DNA of 64,000 bases, from assembly GCA_964519305.1 (NCBI GenBank), contig CAZFHY010000001.1, positions 96,001 through 160,000 of the forward strand. Reading direction: 5' to 3'. Of this stretch, positions 16,271 to 25,338 are shown piece after piece. Positions within the stretch are counted from its first letter, which is position 1. Each line of letters begins with the position of its first letter. Source of the stretch: Candidatus Undinarchaeota archaeon. GTDB lineage: Archaea > SpSt-1190 > JASMDC01. The position numbers were made by a program, and so were the translations under genes. The notes beneath the pieces were generated by a model that made no database searches, had not been told where the DNA came from, and saw only the letters and a program-made list of their open reading frames with translations.

Positions 16271-18628
16271 CTAGAGGCCCTCATCACCGAATATGTCCGC
16301 ATCCTCTTCTTCCTTGTCGGATGAGGTCTCGTCAGCGGTTTCCTTCGTCCCCTCATCCCCCGCCCCGGGGGCTGCCGGGTAGCGGCCTGCCGACGGGTAG
16401 CGGCCCGCGTAGGCGTCCTTTGGACCGGCCTCTTTATCCCCTCGGTGGTAATGGGCCGGTCGCGCCATCTTGGCACGAGCGTAGTAGCCCGCTTCCTCCT
16501 CCGAGCTCTCGTCCTTGAAGTGGTCCACCAACTCGCTGATTAGTCCGGTGATCATCTCCTTCTTCTCACCGAACACGGTCACATAGATCACACCAAGCCC
16601 CAGGTCCATGCGCACCCAGATGCCCAGGAACTTCTTGGAGTAGGCGCCCATCCCCGAGTAGATCAGGTCCACGGATCGCTTCTCCTTGTTCACCAGCTGC
16701 TTGACCGTGTGGATGCCTGAGAACCGCTCCGCGATACGCTTGATCGCCTCCTTGGGAGGGATGGTGAGCTCGATGGTCTGCTGGTTCGACTCAAGCTCGG
16801 TGATCCTCTTCTTGAACGTTATGGTGTCCATCGGCACACCTACGAGGAACGGACACACGCTCCCCACGTTTATTGGATCGAACTCCTCCATCTTACGCTC
16901 TCCGCGGTTGTCATGGTAGACGACAGTACCACCGATCTTGGCGTTAACGCACCGGTGTGGGATGAGCAGGAAGATGGCCGACTGGAACTCATCCGGTTTG
17001 ATGGCCCCTAGAGAGATTAGCTTCGAGCCGTGCTCCACCTCGAAGGCCTCCGGTACGTCGAGGTTCACATCCACGTCGGTTATGGAGAAGGTGGAATGGT
17101 TATGTACCTTGATGCCGATCTTGATGTGGTTACCCTCACGTGTGACACCCCGCATGATATCGACCTCCTCGTGACCGATCACACGCTTCTTGGCGAACTG
17201 GAGGCCTAGGTAGATAATACCCATGAGACCGAATATGTCGATCCACTCAGTAACGGCATCGAGCATGTTCAGGTCGAGCTTCTCCTCCATGTTACCGATC
17301 TCCACCTCGGCAAGGTTCATGTCGCTCTGGGCCTTGCATTCCTTCATGATGGTCTCGATCTTCGTCATGGAGGCGTTGAACCGTAAGGCGTCGTCGTCAG
17401 TGACGCGGAACATCACTCGCCAGACACTGCTCTTGAGGTTCGTGTCGTACATCTGGAGAACGTTGTAATACCGGTCCTTCAGCTCGACCGGTACGGTGCA
17501 GTCCTCCGAGGAGATGAGCTTGCGAACGGCTTCCAGCTCGTCAGGATTGCTGGCCACCTCGGTGGAATTACCATAGAAGAGCCTGACGTTCTTGAGCACG
17601 GGTGTGCAGAACCCATCCGAGGAGAAGAGGGCCTTGTACTGTATCCAGCGGTCGCCGATGTGGAGGCTGTTCACCCCGGAGGGCGATATCGTGTAGTGGT
17701 CTGTATTCTTATCGGGACCGAGCCACGTCGCATCCTCCAGCTCTATCTCGGTACGCGCGCTCCGGGTCTGGAGATTGATCGTGCACGGTGAGGGCGTATC
17801 CTTATCCCACGAAATCGTGGTGTAGACCGCGTCGGGCATCCCAGTATCGAACGGAGGTGACAGGAGCGTTCCCTGATTGATCCGCTTCATCTGCTTTCCA
17901 CTTGCGATATGTAAGGTCTTCATATAGAGCTTCGCAGGTCGCTCACGGGTACCGGTAGTAGATATCCTGATCGAGTTGACCTGGCTGCCGCTTTGCGTCC
18001 CCCGCAGTGCGTCACCGTGGGAAAGGAGTCGGATACCATCGCGGTAGACATTGAAGCTGGCCGAGACACCGACGAACATGATTCGCCATGTATGGTAGTT
18101 CTCCGTATCGGTCTTGCCCTCCCACTGACGGAAGCGCCGGTCCTGATTGTCAACCATGTCGATACCACTTCCATGGAACACGAAGCATGGACCACGGACC
18201 ACGGCATGGACGCAGATCCTCAGACCGCCCTGTTCTTCCATCCTGAACGTGGTCTCCAGGGTCCAATCGCTCTTGTCGGGTATGGACTCTGACCTGACGA
18301 TCATCGGATTTACCTTATCATTGCCATCATAGATGAACAATGTACCAGGTGGATCGACATCGATCACGGCCTTGACGTCATGCTGGTTCCGCTCCCATCC
18401 ATCCAGTGAAGGCCAGTTCGTGGAAAAAATGTTCCAGAGGGGGGTTTCGAAGTCAAGACGCACGGAGCCGTCAGGACCGGGAGTTGTCACATTGGAACGC
18501 GTGGTCAACAGGAAGTCATCGAGTGTATCAGTGTTCCAGATCCTGCCGGAGGCCATGGTGAGGGCTAGGAATAGAACGAGCACGATCCATCGTGCAGGGA
18601 GCCTGCTCGGGAGAATTCCCTCTACCAC
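16271..18628 (-). CDS. Single-pass membrane protein: extracellular beta-sandwich/lectin-like region, helical stalk, TM, conserved cytoplasmic Ig-like plus alpha/beta domain
   Basis: Signal peptide; YHTWRI lectin-like strand; TM IFGLMGIIYLGL; C-terminal domain is homologous to that of ORF 49854-51203. Confidence 0.75.
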   Translation of the reverse strand: MVEGILPSRLPARWIVLVLFLALTMASGRIWNTDTLDDFLLTTRSNVTTPGPDGSVRLDFETPLWNIFSTNWPSLDGWERNQHDVKAVIDVDPPGTLFIYDGNDKVNPMIVRSESIPDKSDWTLETTFRMEEQGGLRICVHAVVRGPCFVFHGSGIDMVDNQDRRFRQWEGKTDTENYHTWRIMFVGVSASFNVYRDGIRLLSHGDALRGTQSGSQVNSIRISTTGTRERPAKLYMKTLHIASGKQMKRINQGTLLSPPFDTGMPDAVYTTISWDKDTPSPCTINLQTRSARTEIELEDATWLGPDKNTDHYTISPSGVNSLHIGDRWIQYKALFSSDGFCTPVLKNVRLFYGNSTEVASNPDELEAVRKLISSEDCTVPVELKDRYYNVLQMYDTNLKSSVWRVMFRVTDDDALRFNASMTKIETIMKECKAQSDMNLAEVEIGNMEEKLDLNMLDAVTEWIDIFGLMGIIYLGLQFAKKRVIGHEEVDIMRGVTREGNHIKIGIKVHNHSTFSITDVDVNLDVPEAFEVEHGSKLISLGAIKPDEFQSAIFLLIPHRCVNAKIGGTVVYHDNRGERKMEEFDPINVGSVCPFLVGVPMDTITFKKRITELESNQQTIELTIPPKEAIKRIAERFSGIHTVKQLVNKEKRSVDLIYSGMGAYSKKFLGIWVRMDLGLGVIYVTVFGEKKEMITGLISELVDHFKDESSEEEAGYYARAKMARPAHYHRGDKEAGPKDAYAGRYPSAGRYPAAPGAGDEGTKETADETSSDKEEEDADIFGDEGL

Positions 18629-18686
18629 GGAACCATCGTTCTCTGCGTAACAATTTATTCATTTGCCCGAGGTTCCCGGGTCCAGC

Positions 18687-20006
18687 TCACTTAACGACCT
18701 TCTCCACCAGCTCCCGGAGGGGGGGGCCTGTTCGCTGCTCAAGGTCGTACCGCACCCTGAGCGCGATCTTTCCCTTGATATCGACCAGCCGCCGCAGATC
18801 GATGGGAGTTCCGATGAGCACAAGATCGGCATCGGTCCCGTTAATGGTCGTTTCAAGCTCCTTGACCTGCTTATCTGAATAGCCCATGGCAGGTAGCACC
18901 GGGCCCAGGTGGTCGAAGTTCTTGAACACGGTCTTGATGGAACCTACTGCGGCGGAGCGGGGATCGACTATCTCACCGGCCCAGAGCCGGCGGGCGGCCA
19001 CCATGCCTGCGCCATATGGCATCTCGCCATGTGTGAGCGTCGGCCCGTCCTCGACCACGAGCACCCGTTTCCCCTTCACGCTATCGGGTTCCTCAACAGT
19101 TATCGGAGATGCTGCCTCGATGACCACGGCGTCAGGATTGGCCAATGCGACGTTGTCCACCACCTCATGAAGATGGTCAGGGCGGGCGGAATCCACCTTG
19201 TTGATGATTATCACGTCGGCCATCCGCAGGTTGGCCTCACCAGGATAGTACGCGACCTCGTGGCCGGGGCGGTGGGGATCGGCAATCACGATGAAGAGGT
19301 CCGGTTTGTAGAAGGGCAGGTCGTTGTTACCCCCGTCCCACACGATGACATCGGCCTCCTTCTCCGCCTCACGGAGGATGCGCTCATAGTCCACGCCCGC
19401 GTACACGATTGCGCCCATGTCGATATGCGGCTCGTACTCCTCTCGTTCCTCGATAGTGCACTTGTTCTTCTCGAGGTCCTCGTAAGTTGCGAATCTCTGG
19501 ACCGCTTGAGCGACGAGGTCACCGTACGGCATTGGATGCCGGATCACGACTACCTTCTTCCCAAGATCGCGCAGGATCTGGAGGATGTACCGGGCGGTCT
19601 GGCTCTTGCCGCAACCCGTGCGCACCGCACAGACCGCGATCATCGGTTTGTTGGATTTTATCATGGTGGTCTTTGCGCCCATGAGACGGAAATCCGCACC
19701 TGCTGCAAGGGTGATCGATGCCCGGGTCATTACATGCTTGTAGGAAAGGTCGCTGTATGCAAGAACGACCTGATCAATATCGTGCTTCCTGATGAGCTCG
19801 GGGAGTTCTTCCTCCTTTCGGATCGGGATCCCCTTCGGATAAAGGTCCCCGGACAGTTCGGGCGGGTACCTGCGTCCGGCGATGTTTGGGATCTGTGTGG
19901 CGGTGAACGTCACGACCTCATAGTCCTCATTATCGCGGAAGAATACGTTGAAATTGTGGAAGTCACGGCCTGCGGCTCCCATAATGATGACCTTTATCCG
20001 TCCCAT
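18687..20006 (-). CDS. Cyclic 2,3-diphosphoglycerate synthetase-like P-loop protein (CpgS-related GTPase)
   Basis: IMGAAGRDFHNFN, AVRTGCGKSQT, RHPMPYG, CTIEEREEYEPH, WDGGNND, VEDGPTLTHG. Confidence 0.85.
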   Translation of the reverse strand: MGRIKVIIMGAAGRDFHNFNVFFRDNEDYEVVTFTATQIPNIAGRRYPPELSGDLYPKGIPIRKEEELPELIRKHDIDQVVLAYSDLSYKHVMTRASITLAAGADFRLMGAKTTMIKSNKPMIAVCAVRTGCGKSQTARYILQILRDLGKKVVVIRHPMPYGDLVAQAVQRFATYEDLEKNKCTIEEREEYEPHIDMGAIVYAGVDYERILREAEKEADVIVWDGGNNDLPFYKPDLFIVIADPHRPGHEVAYYPGEANLRMADVIIINKVDSARPDHLHEVVDNVALANPDAVVIEAASPITVEEPDSVKGKRVLVVEDGPTLTHGEMPYGAGMVAARRLWAGEIVDPRSAAVGSIKTVFKNFDHLGPVLPAMGYSDKQVKELETTINGTDADLVLIGTPIDLRRLVDIKGKIALRVRYDLEQRTGPPLRELVEKVVK

Positions 20007-20059
20007 GGCGGCGCCCATAAGGCCAAGGTTTTAGAAGGTTGGCCATGCTACGTGCATAC

Positions 20060-20314
20060 ATGTCAATCAAGTGCCCGATCCTGAAGAAGGCAGTCAAGCC
20101 CTCCCTCTGCAAGGGACGGAGCATGGGCGAAAAGGCCGTCGAGGCTTACGCTGAGCTCAAGGTCAATATGGGTAAGCCCTGCAAGCATTGGGAGCAGAAG
20201 TGCGCCCACAAGGACCACGGCCCGACCACGAAGAAGGTAGCCAAGAAGCCCGCGAAGAAGGTCGCGAAGAAACCGGCCGCCAAGAAGAAGGCCTCCACAA
20301 AGAAGAAGGAGTAG
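20060..20314 (+). CDS. Small basic protein: Cys/His-rich head plus histone-H1-like (PAKK) tail
   Basis: MSIKCPIL...CKHWEQKCAHKDH followed by KKVAKKPAKKVAKKPAAKKKASTKKKE. Confidence 0.7.
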   Translation: MSIKCPILKKAVKPSLCKGRSMGEKAVEAYAELKVNMGKPCKHWEQKCAHKDHGPTTKKVAKKPAKKVAKKPAAKKKASTKKKE

Positions 20315-20398
20315 GTCCGACATGGTCGTGGGGGCCGTGCATGGCGTCCTAATCCTCGTGCTAGCCCGCTGCCTCGACCTTTCCCTGAAGTCATCGGT

Positions 20399-21247
20399 AT
20401 GCCGGTGGGGACGTTCGTGAGCGGTCGCGATGCTATAGTCGTGCTTGTTCTGCTCGCTCTTCTCTACGGACGACCGGTGCCGATAAGTGAGGAGCTCCTT
20501 CCTTTCCTGGGCGTCATCGGAGGGCTCTATCTCATGATCCTCATCCTTTTCACAGCTCCCATGGCAGCGCTCGGACGGCTCACCCTCCCCACCAAAGCAC
20601 CATCTGCCCTCGATCTAGACGCGCTGGCCGAACGGGTGGAGGCACGTCGGGCAGAAAAACGCAGGAGCGCTATCATCCTCGACGAGCCGGTAGCGGACAT
20701 CCCGGCCCAGTTCGTCCAGGTCGCTCAAAGGTTCGTCAACGAAGGAGGGGACGGTCCTTTGGCCGCATCGGTCATCTCCGGGGCCGTAAGCACCTTGTTG
20801 CGTCCGAGCCCTCTACCGGGGCTCCGATTAGTGACCGGGGCAGGTGTGCTCGCTATGACCGCGCTCGCCTACACAGGAGATGGGCGGACAGGTGCGGCAG
20901 GGGCCACCGTGCTCATATTGGTCACTCTTTCTCTCCTTCCAGAGATACGGAAGGTCGTGATCATGGGCAAGGAGCGGGCTGTTGAGCAGGCATGGGGTGA
21001 GCCGTTCGGTACCGGCACACTTATCCGAAGGAGCGAGGTCGAGGGGATGCGCACGTCCCCCATGTGGGTGATGTACGGCGCTGCTCTGGACCTCATCTGG
21101 CTCGGATGCCTACAACAGAGCGAGGACCTGTGCGAGCACGGACGGACGACCATGAGCGAGGTGGAGGCATGCTACTCAAGTGTCGAGACGTCCAAGGAGC
21201 TGTGGGGGCGGAACGAGAGGAAGAAGCGGTTCGGGACGGCATACTAA
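20399..21247 (+). CDS. Hypothetical membrane protein
   Basis: Several hydrophobic segments; abuts the next gene. Confidence 0.55.
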   Translation: MPVGTFVSGRDAIVVLVLLALLYGRPVPISEELLPFLGVIGGLYLMILILFTAPMAALGRLTLPTKAPSALDLDALAERVEARRAEKRRSAIILDEPVADIPAQFVQVAQRFVNEGGDGPLAASVISGAVSTLLRPSPLPGLRLVTGAGVLAMTALAYTGDGRTGAAGATVLILVTLSLLPEIRKVVIMGKERAVEQAWGEPFGTGTLIRRSEVEGMRTSPMWVMYGAALDLIWLGCLQQSEDLCEHGRTTMSEVEACYSSVETSKELWGRNERKKRFGTAY

Positions 21248-21248
21248 G

Positions 21249-22580
21249 ATGAGCCTCGCGAGGACAGTACTCGTTCTCGGAGCAGGGATGGTGGCGCAGC
21301 CTCTCGTGCGATATATCCTGGACCTCACGGACGTACGTGTGATCGTTGCCGACCTGGACGTTGAGCGGGCCCGACGGCTCATCGCAGACCATCCCTGCGG
21401 TGAGGCGCGTTCCCTGGACGCGGACGACCTTGGGGCAATGGTCCCCCTCGTGCAGGACGCTGACATCGTGGTCAGCCTCCTCCCCCCCGCCCATCACCAG
21501 ATTATCGCAGAGCTATGTGTCGAGAACGGCAAGCACATGGTGTGCACCTCCTATGCTGATGATGCGCTCCGCGCGCTGGACGCCCCTGCCCGGGAAGCAG
21601 GAGTGCTCATACTAATGGAGCTCGGCCTCGATCCGGGTATCGACCATATGTCCGCCATGTCCATGATAGCCCGGGAACGGGATGCTGGCTTCAAGATCGT
21701 GGGATTCCGCTCGCTGTGTGGCGCCCTGCCCGCCCCGGCAGCAGCTGATAATCATTTCAGTTACAAGTTCTCCTGGAATCCGCGCGGTGTGCTCACAGCC
21801 TCAAAACGACCTGCACGCTACCTTGAGAACGGCCAGGAGGTGGTCATCTCGAGCGATGCCCTGTTCGAGCACTACCGGTTAATGGATGTCGAGGACACCG
21901 GTTCGTTCGAGGACTACCCCAACGGCGATTCGATTCGATATCGGGACATCTACGATCTCGGTGACGTACACACGCTCTACCGTGGGACTCTGCGGTACAA
22001 GGGGTGGTGCGATACCATGAACGCCATCGGCCGGTTGGGATGGCTGGACGAGACCGACCGGGAGTGGATTCCCGGAATGAGCTATGGGGACGTAACGGCC
22101 CAGCTCATCGGCGCTCCCGCGGGTGAGGACCTCATTCAACGGGTTGCCGAGCGTCTCGGGATCGCACCGACATCACCTGCTATCGAGCGTCTCACATGGC
22201 TGGGCATCCTCAGCGACGGGGCCGTACGCGAGGAGGCGACGACACCCCTCGACGCACTGTGCGCTCTCATGGTCGCGCGGCTCGCCTACGGAGAGAGAGA
22301 GCAGGATATGGTGGTCATGCGCCACGAGCTCGAGGTGGAGCGGGAAGGGGCATGTGAACGAGTGGTGGCAACGCTCGTACAATACGGTGACAGGGGCGGC
22401 GATACTGCCATCGCCAGGACCGTCGGACTCCCAGCAGCTATCGGCGTACGTCTGCTTATCGAGGGCCGAATTGATCTTACAGGAGTGCACGTCCCCGTCC
22501 ACCCGGAGGTGTACGTCCCGGTCCTGGCCGAGCTCGAAGGTCTGGGGATCAGGTTCACCGAGCATCGACAGGAGCTTTAA
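21249..22580 (+). CDS. Saccharopine dehydrogenase (reductase type)
   Basis: VLVLGAGMV, ELGLDPGIDHMSAM, CGALP, YKFSWNPRG, YPNGDS, RGTLRY, ARTVGLP. Confidence 0.9.
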   Translation: MSLARTVLVLGAGMVAQPLVRYILDLTDVRVIVADLDVERARRLIADHPCGEARSLDADDLGAMVPLVQDADIVVSLLPPAHHQIIAELCVENGKHMVCTSYADDALRALDAPAREAGVLILMELGLDPGIDHMSAMSMIARERDAGFKIVGFRSLCGALPAPAAADNHFSYKFSWNPRGVLTASKRPARYLENGQEVVISSDALFEHYRLMDVEDTGSFEDYPNGDSIRYRDIYDLGDVHTLYRGTLRYKGWCDTMNAIGRLGWLDETDREWIPGMSYGDVTAQLIGAPAGEDLIQRVAERLGIAPTSPAIERLTWLGILSDGAVREEATTPLDALCALMVARLAYGEREQDMVVMRHELEVEREGACERVVATLVQYGDRGGDTAIARTVGLPAAIGVRLLIEGRIDLTGVHVPVHPEVYVPVLAELEGLGIRFTEHRQEL

Positions 22581-22584
22581 TGGC

Positions 22585-25338
22585 CTAAGCGTCCGTCGGG
22601 CATCGGTTGTTCACCCATCCGCCGGGATTGGGAACGATGATTATCGTCTCTGAAGAGGTCACCTCTGTACCGTCCGGTGTCGAGCCGCGCAACGTGACCA
22701 GTTCCTCACCGGTCGTGATTATATCGGGGCAGAAGCGGACATTGACCATGCTCGCTCCAAAGGACTCCTGATATGGTGTTACAAGCACATCATAGTCCTT
22801 TCCGCGCACTGTCGCTGAGATGCGTTGGATATCTCCCTGAAGCAGGAGGTCCATGGTCAGGTCGAAGCCCCATATGGTCTGGGCTTGGAACAACTTCTTG
22901 GGCGTGACCTCGCGAATGACGATACGTGCAGGCAGCTGCTCCACAAGCTTGACAGAGCGCTCGGCCATCCCCTCCATCCCCAGGTGTGAGATATACACCG
23001 AGAACGGGACATCCGACTCCTCGAACTCGCCCATGCCTAAGAGGGTGGCGCGCCAATGGCCGCGGGCGCGATCGTACTCCAGGGAGTCGATATTGAGCAC
23101 CCGCCACCCCAGCGAGAAGGTGAAATCGTCCTGCATTAGGTCGGTGAGCTCCGTACCCGAAGCGTCGAAGGCCCGGAACTTCACGTCTAACCGCTCTCCC
23201 TTCTCGAGGCGGCGTGTGGATAGCGTTGTGGGTGCGTCAAGAATCGTTACGGCCACGTCCGCCATCCATCGCGGGTACCATACCTCCACATATGACCGCA
23301 CACTGTACACGGCATCACCATACCTGCCCGTGAGGAGCAGTGGGTACTTGCCCGGTGCGAGAGGGATGGACACGCTCCCCGGGATGTGCCAGAGGCCTTC
23401 ACCCCGTGACTCTATGGCGCCCAGCTCGATGGGGGAGCCGCCAAGGTCCAGAGAGAACGTCGGCTTGTCGGCAAGCACGTTGCCCTTGTACGTCGCCAGT
23501 ACCGTGAGCTCGAACTGTGTGCTCGCGAGCGCATCGGCCCGAACGCTCTGGGGCTCGATATGTGTGAGCTTGAGCACGAGGTCTGGTTGGACACAGCCGT
23601 CCGGAGTACAGGCCTCCCCGAAGTAACAGTTGTCCACCACCCGCGGGCCGTCCGTGCAGGCACAGAAGCCCGAGCAGACCTCACCATATGCGATGCACGG
23701 GAAGCTCTCGAGACCTTTCCGCACCATGCAATCCCCCGCGTCCCTGGCGACGACATAGGGCTGGAGCCCGAGTTCTTCACAGCCATTATCAGCGCACTTC
23801 TGGGTGTGGGTGCATACACCGACGAACGTACCTGCCCCGGCGAAGCATAAACAACCAGGGAGCTGGACCGAGGTGGGATCACAACGTTGCCCGGTATCGA
23901 TACAACGCAGCTTGCCAAGAGTGAGTGCGAACGCGCCCCCCGGACAATATCTGGAACGGTCACTGTCCACGGCGGCCTCTGGACGGGTTATGACCACCTG
24001 CTTCCGAGCAGTGGCCACGACCACGTCATCGCTGACGACCTTGATGAGAAGTGTGTACGTCCCCGACCGTAGCGTCTGAGGAGTGTCCAGGAGCACTTTA
24101 GTACACGGGTTCGGCTCGCCCATGGCCACCACATAACCTTCGGCGCTGACCATCTCGGATCGACATGTCATACCAGGGAGGTTCAGGTCGGCGATGACCG
24201 TCTCACCCGGTGCATAATCGCCCCTTTCGATCTCGACCTCGGGATCGGCGGTAGTGCTGGAAGGGAGGATGCGCAGCGGTCGCGTGGTGATTGTACGACC
24301 GGAGGAAGACTCACGGACCTCCATGATGTAATCACCGGGCGGTATATCGAGGGTGACCAGCCGAGCCTCTCCATTACACGGGACGGCGCGTGTCACCGAC
24401 ATTCGACCGTGAACGTCCGCAAGGTGGAGCGAGCACCGGGAGTCAGGATCGGGAGAGGTCAGGTGAACTGACAAAGGTTCGCCCACGAACCAGATATCTC
24501 CGGTCTTGTCATGCATGACCACTGACACGGGCACTGCAATGTCATCACCTGCAACCACGAGACGGTCCAGGGAGAGTTGGTCGGTGTCCGTGCCCAGCGC
24601 CACACCGTCGAGGAAAAAGGAGGTAGCCGTCGTCCTGACCTCGTACTCGCCCGGGGACCATGACTCGCTGGTGCCGAAGTAGGTCGGGACACAGCCCTTG
24701 ACGATCTTGGTGTCCAGATTATGAGTGCCGTTGGCAAGGGTATGTACGCACATAACCACCCGAGGTCTGTTCGCCGGGAGCAACGTCGTGAGCGACACAA
24801 TCTGCCCCAGCTGGAGTTCGGGCCCTTCCAGTTCCACGTCAAGTGGGAGGGGGGCGAGCACGGGAAAGGTGTACCGGACGTCCAACCGCGTGGGCTTCGT
24901 CCCGGTGAACGAGAGGCGTTGGCGATCGGGCATGGTCACCTTGATGGACCAGCGGTCCATATCGACTGGGAGGCGCGTGAACAGTGGATGATATCCGATA
25001 GTGAGGGTGAGCCGGTCCTCCTCCTGACCTATGTCGAGGATAGCTTCAGATATATCCTCTATTCGCACCTGGAAGAAGACCTTGCGGTTCGCTTCGTCAA
25101 TTGTACCATAGCAGGATGAGATCGGGCTGGTGAGCGTTCGTCTACACAGTTCTTGGCGTAGACCTTCGATACCAGCAGGAAAAATGTCACCTGACGCGTA
25201 CGTCACTTTTACGAACACATCTGCTTCTGGTAGGGCTGATAGGTCGAGTCGTTCCTCTACCCGGATGGCGCCACTCATAGCGAGCAGCACCACAAGTGCG
25301 GTCAGCAGCATGCGTCCGTTCTGGTCACGAATTCCCAT
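22585..25338 (-). CDS. Large secreted multi-Ig-like protein with a central Cys-rich region
   Basis: Signal peptide MLLTALVVLLAM; repeated PG.Y beta-sandwich motifs; Cys cluster; overlaps the upstream pilin-like gene. Confidence 0.65.
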   Translation of the reverse strand: MGIRDQNGRMLLTALVVLLAMSGAIRVEERLDLSALPEADVFVKVTYASGDIFPAGIEGLRQELCRRTLTSPISSCYGTIDEANRKVFFQVRIEDISEAILDIGQEEDRLTLTIGYHPLFTRLPVDMDRWSIKVTMPDRQRLSFTGTKPTRLDVRYTFPVLAPLPLDVELEGPELQLGQIVSLTTLLPANRPRVVMCVHTLANGTHNLDTKIVKGCVPTYFGTSESWSPGEYEVRTTATSFFLDGVALGTDTDQLSLDRLVVAGDDIAVPVSVVMHDKTGDIWFVGEPLSVHLTSPDPDSRCSLHLADVHGRMSVTRAVPCNGEARLVTLDIPPGDYIMEVRESSSGRTITTRPLRILPSSTTADPEVEIERGDYAPGETVIADLNLPGMTCRSEMVSAEGYVVAMGEPNPCTKVLLDTPQTLRSGTYTLLIKVVSDDVVVATARKQVVITRPEAAVDSDRSRYCPGGAFALTLGKLRCIDTGQRCDPTSVQLPGCLCFAGAGTFVGVCTHTQKCADNGCEELGLQPYVVARDAGDCMVRKGLESFPCIAYGEVCSGFCACTDGPRVVDNCYFGEACTPDGCVQPDLVLKLTHIEPQSVRADALASTQFELTVLATYKGNVLADKPTFSLDLGGSPIELGAIESRGEGLWHIPGSVSIPLAPGKYPLLLTGRYGDAVYSVRSYVEVWYPRWMADVAVTILDAPTTLSTRRLEKGERLDVKFRAFDASGTELTDLMQDDFTFSLGWRVLNIDSLEYDRARGHWRATLLGMGEFEESDVPFSVYISHLGMEGMAERSVKLVEQLPARIVIREVTPKKLFQAQTIWGFDLTMDLLLQGDIQRISATVRGKDYDVLVTPYQESFGASMVNVRFCPDIITTGEELVTLRGSTPDGTEVTSSETIIIVPNPGGWVNNRCPTDA

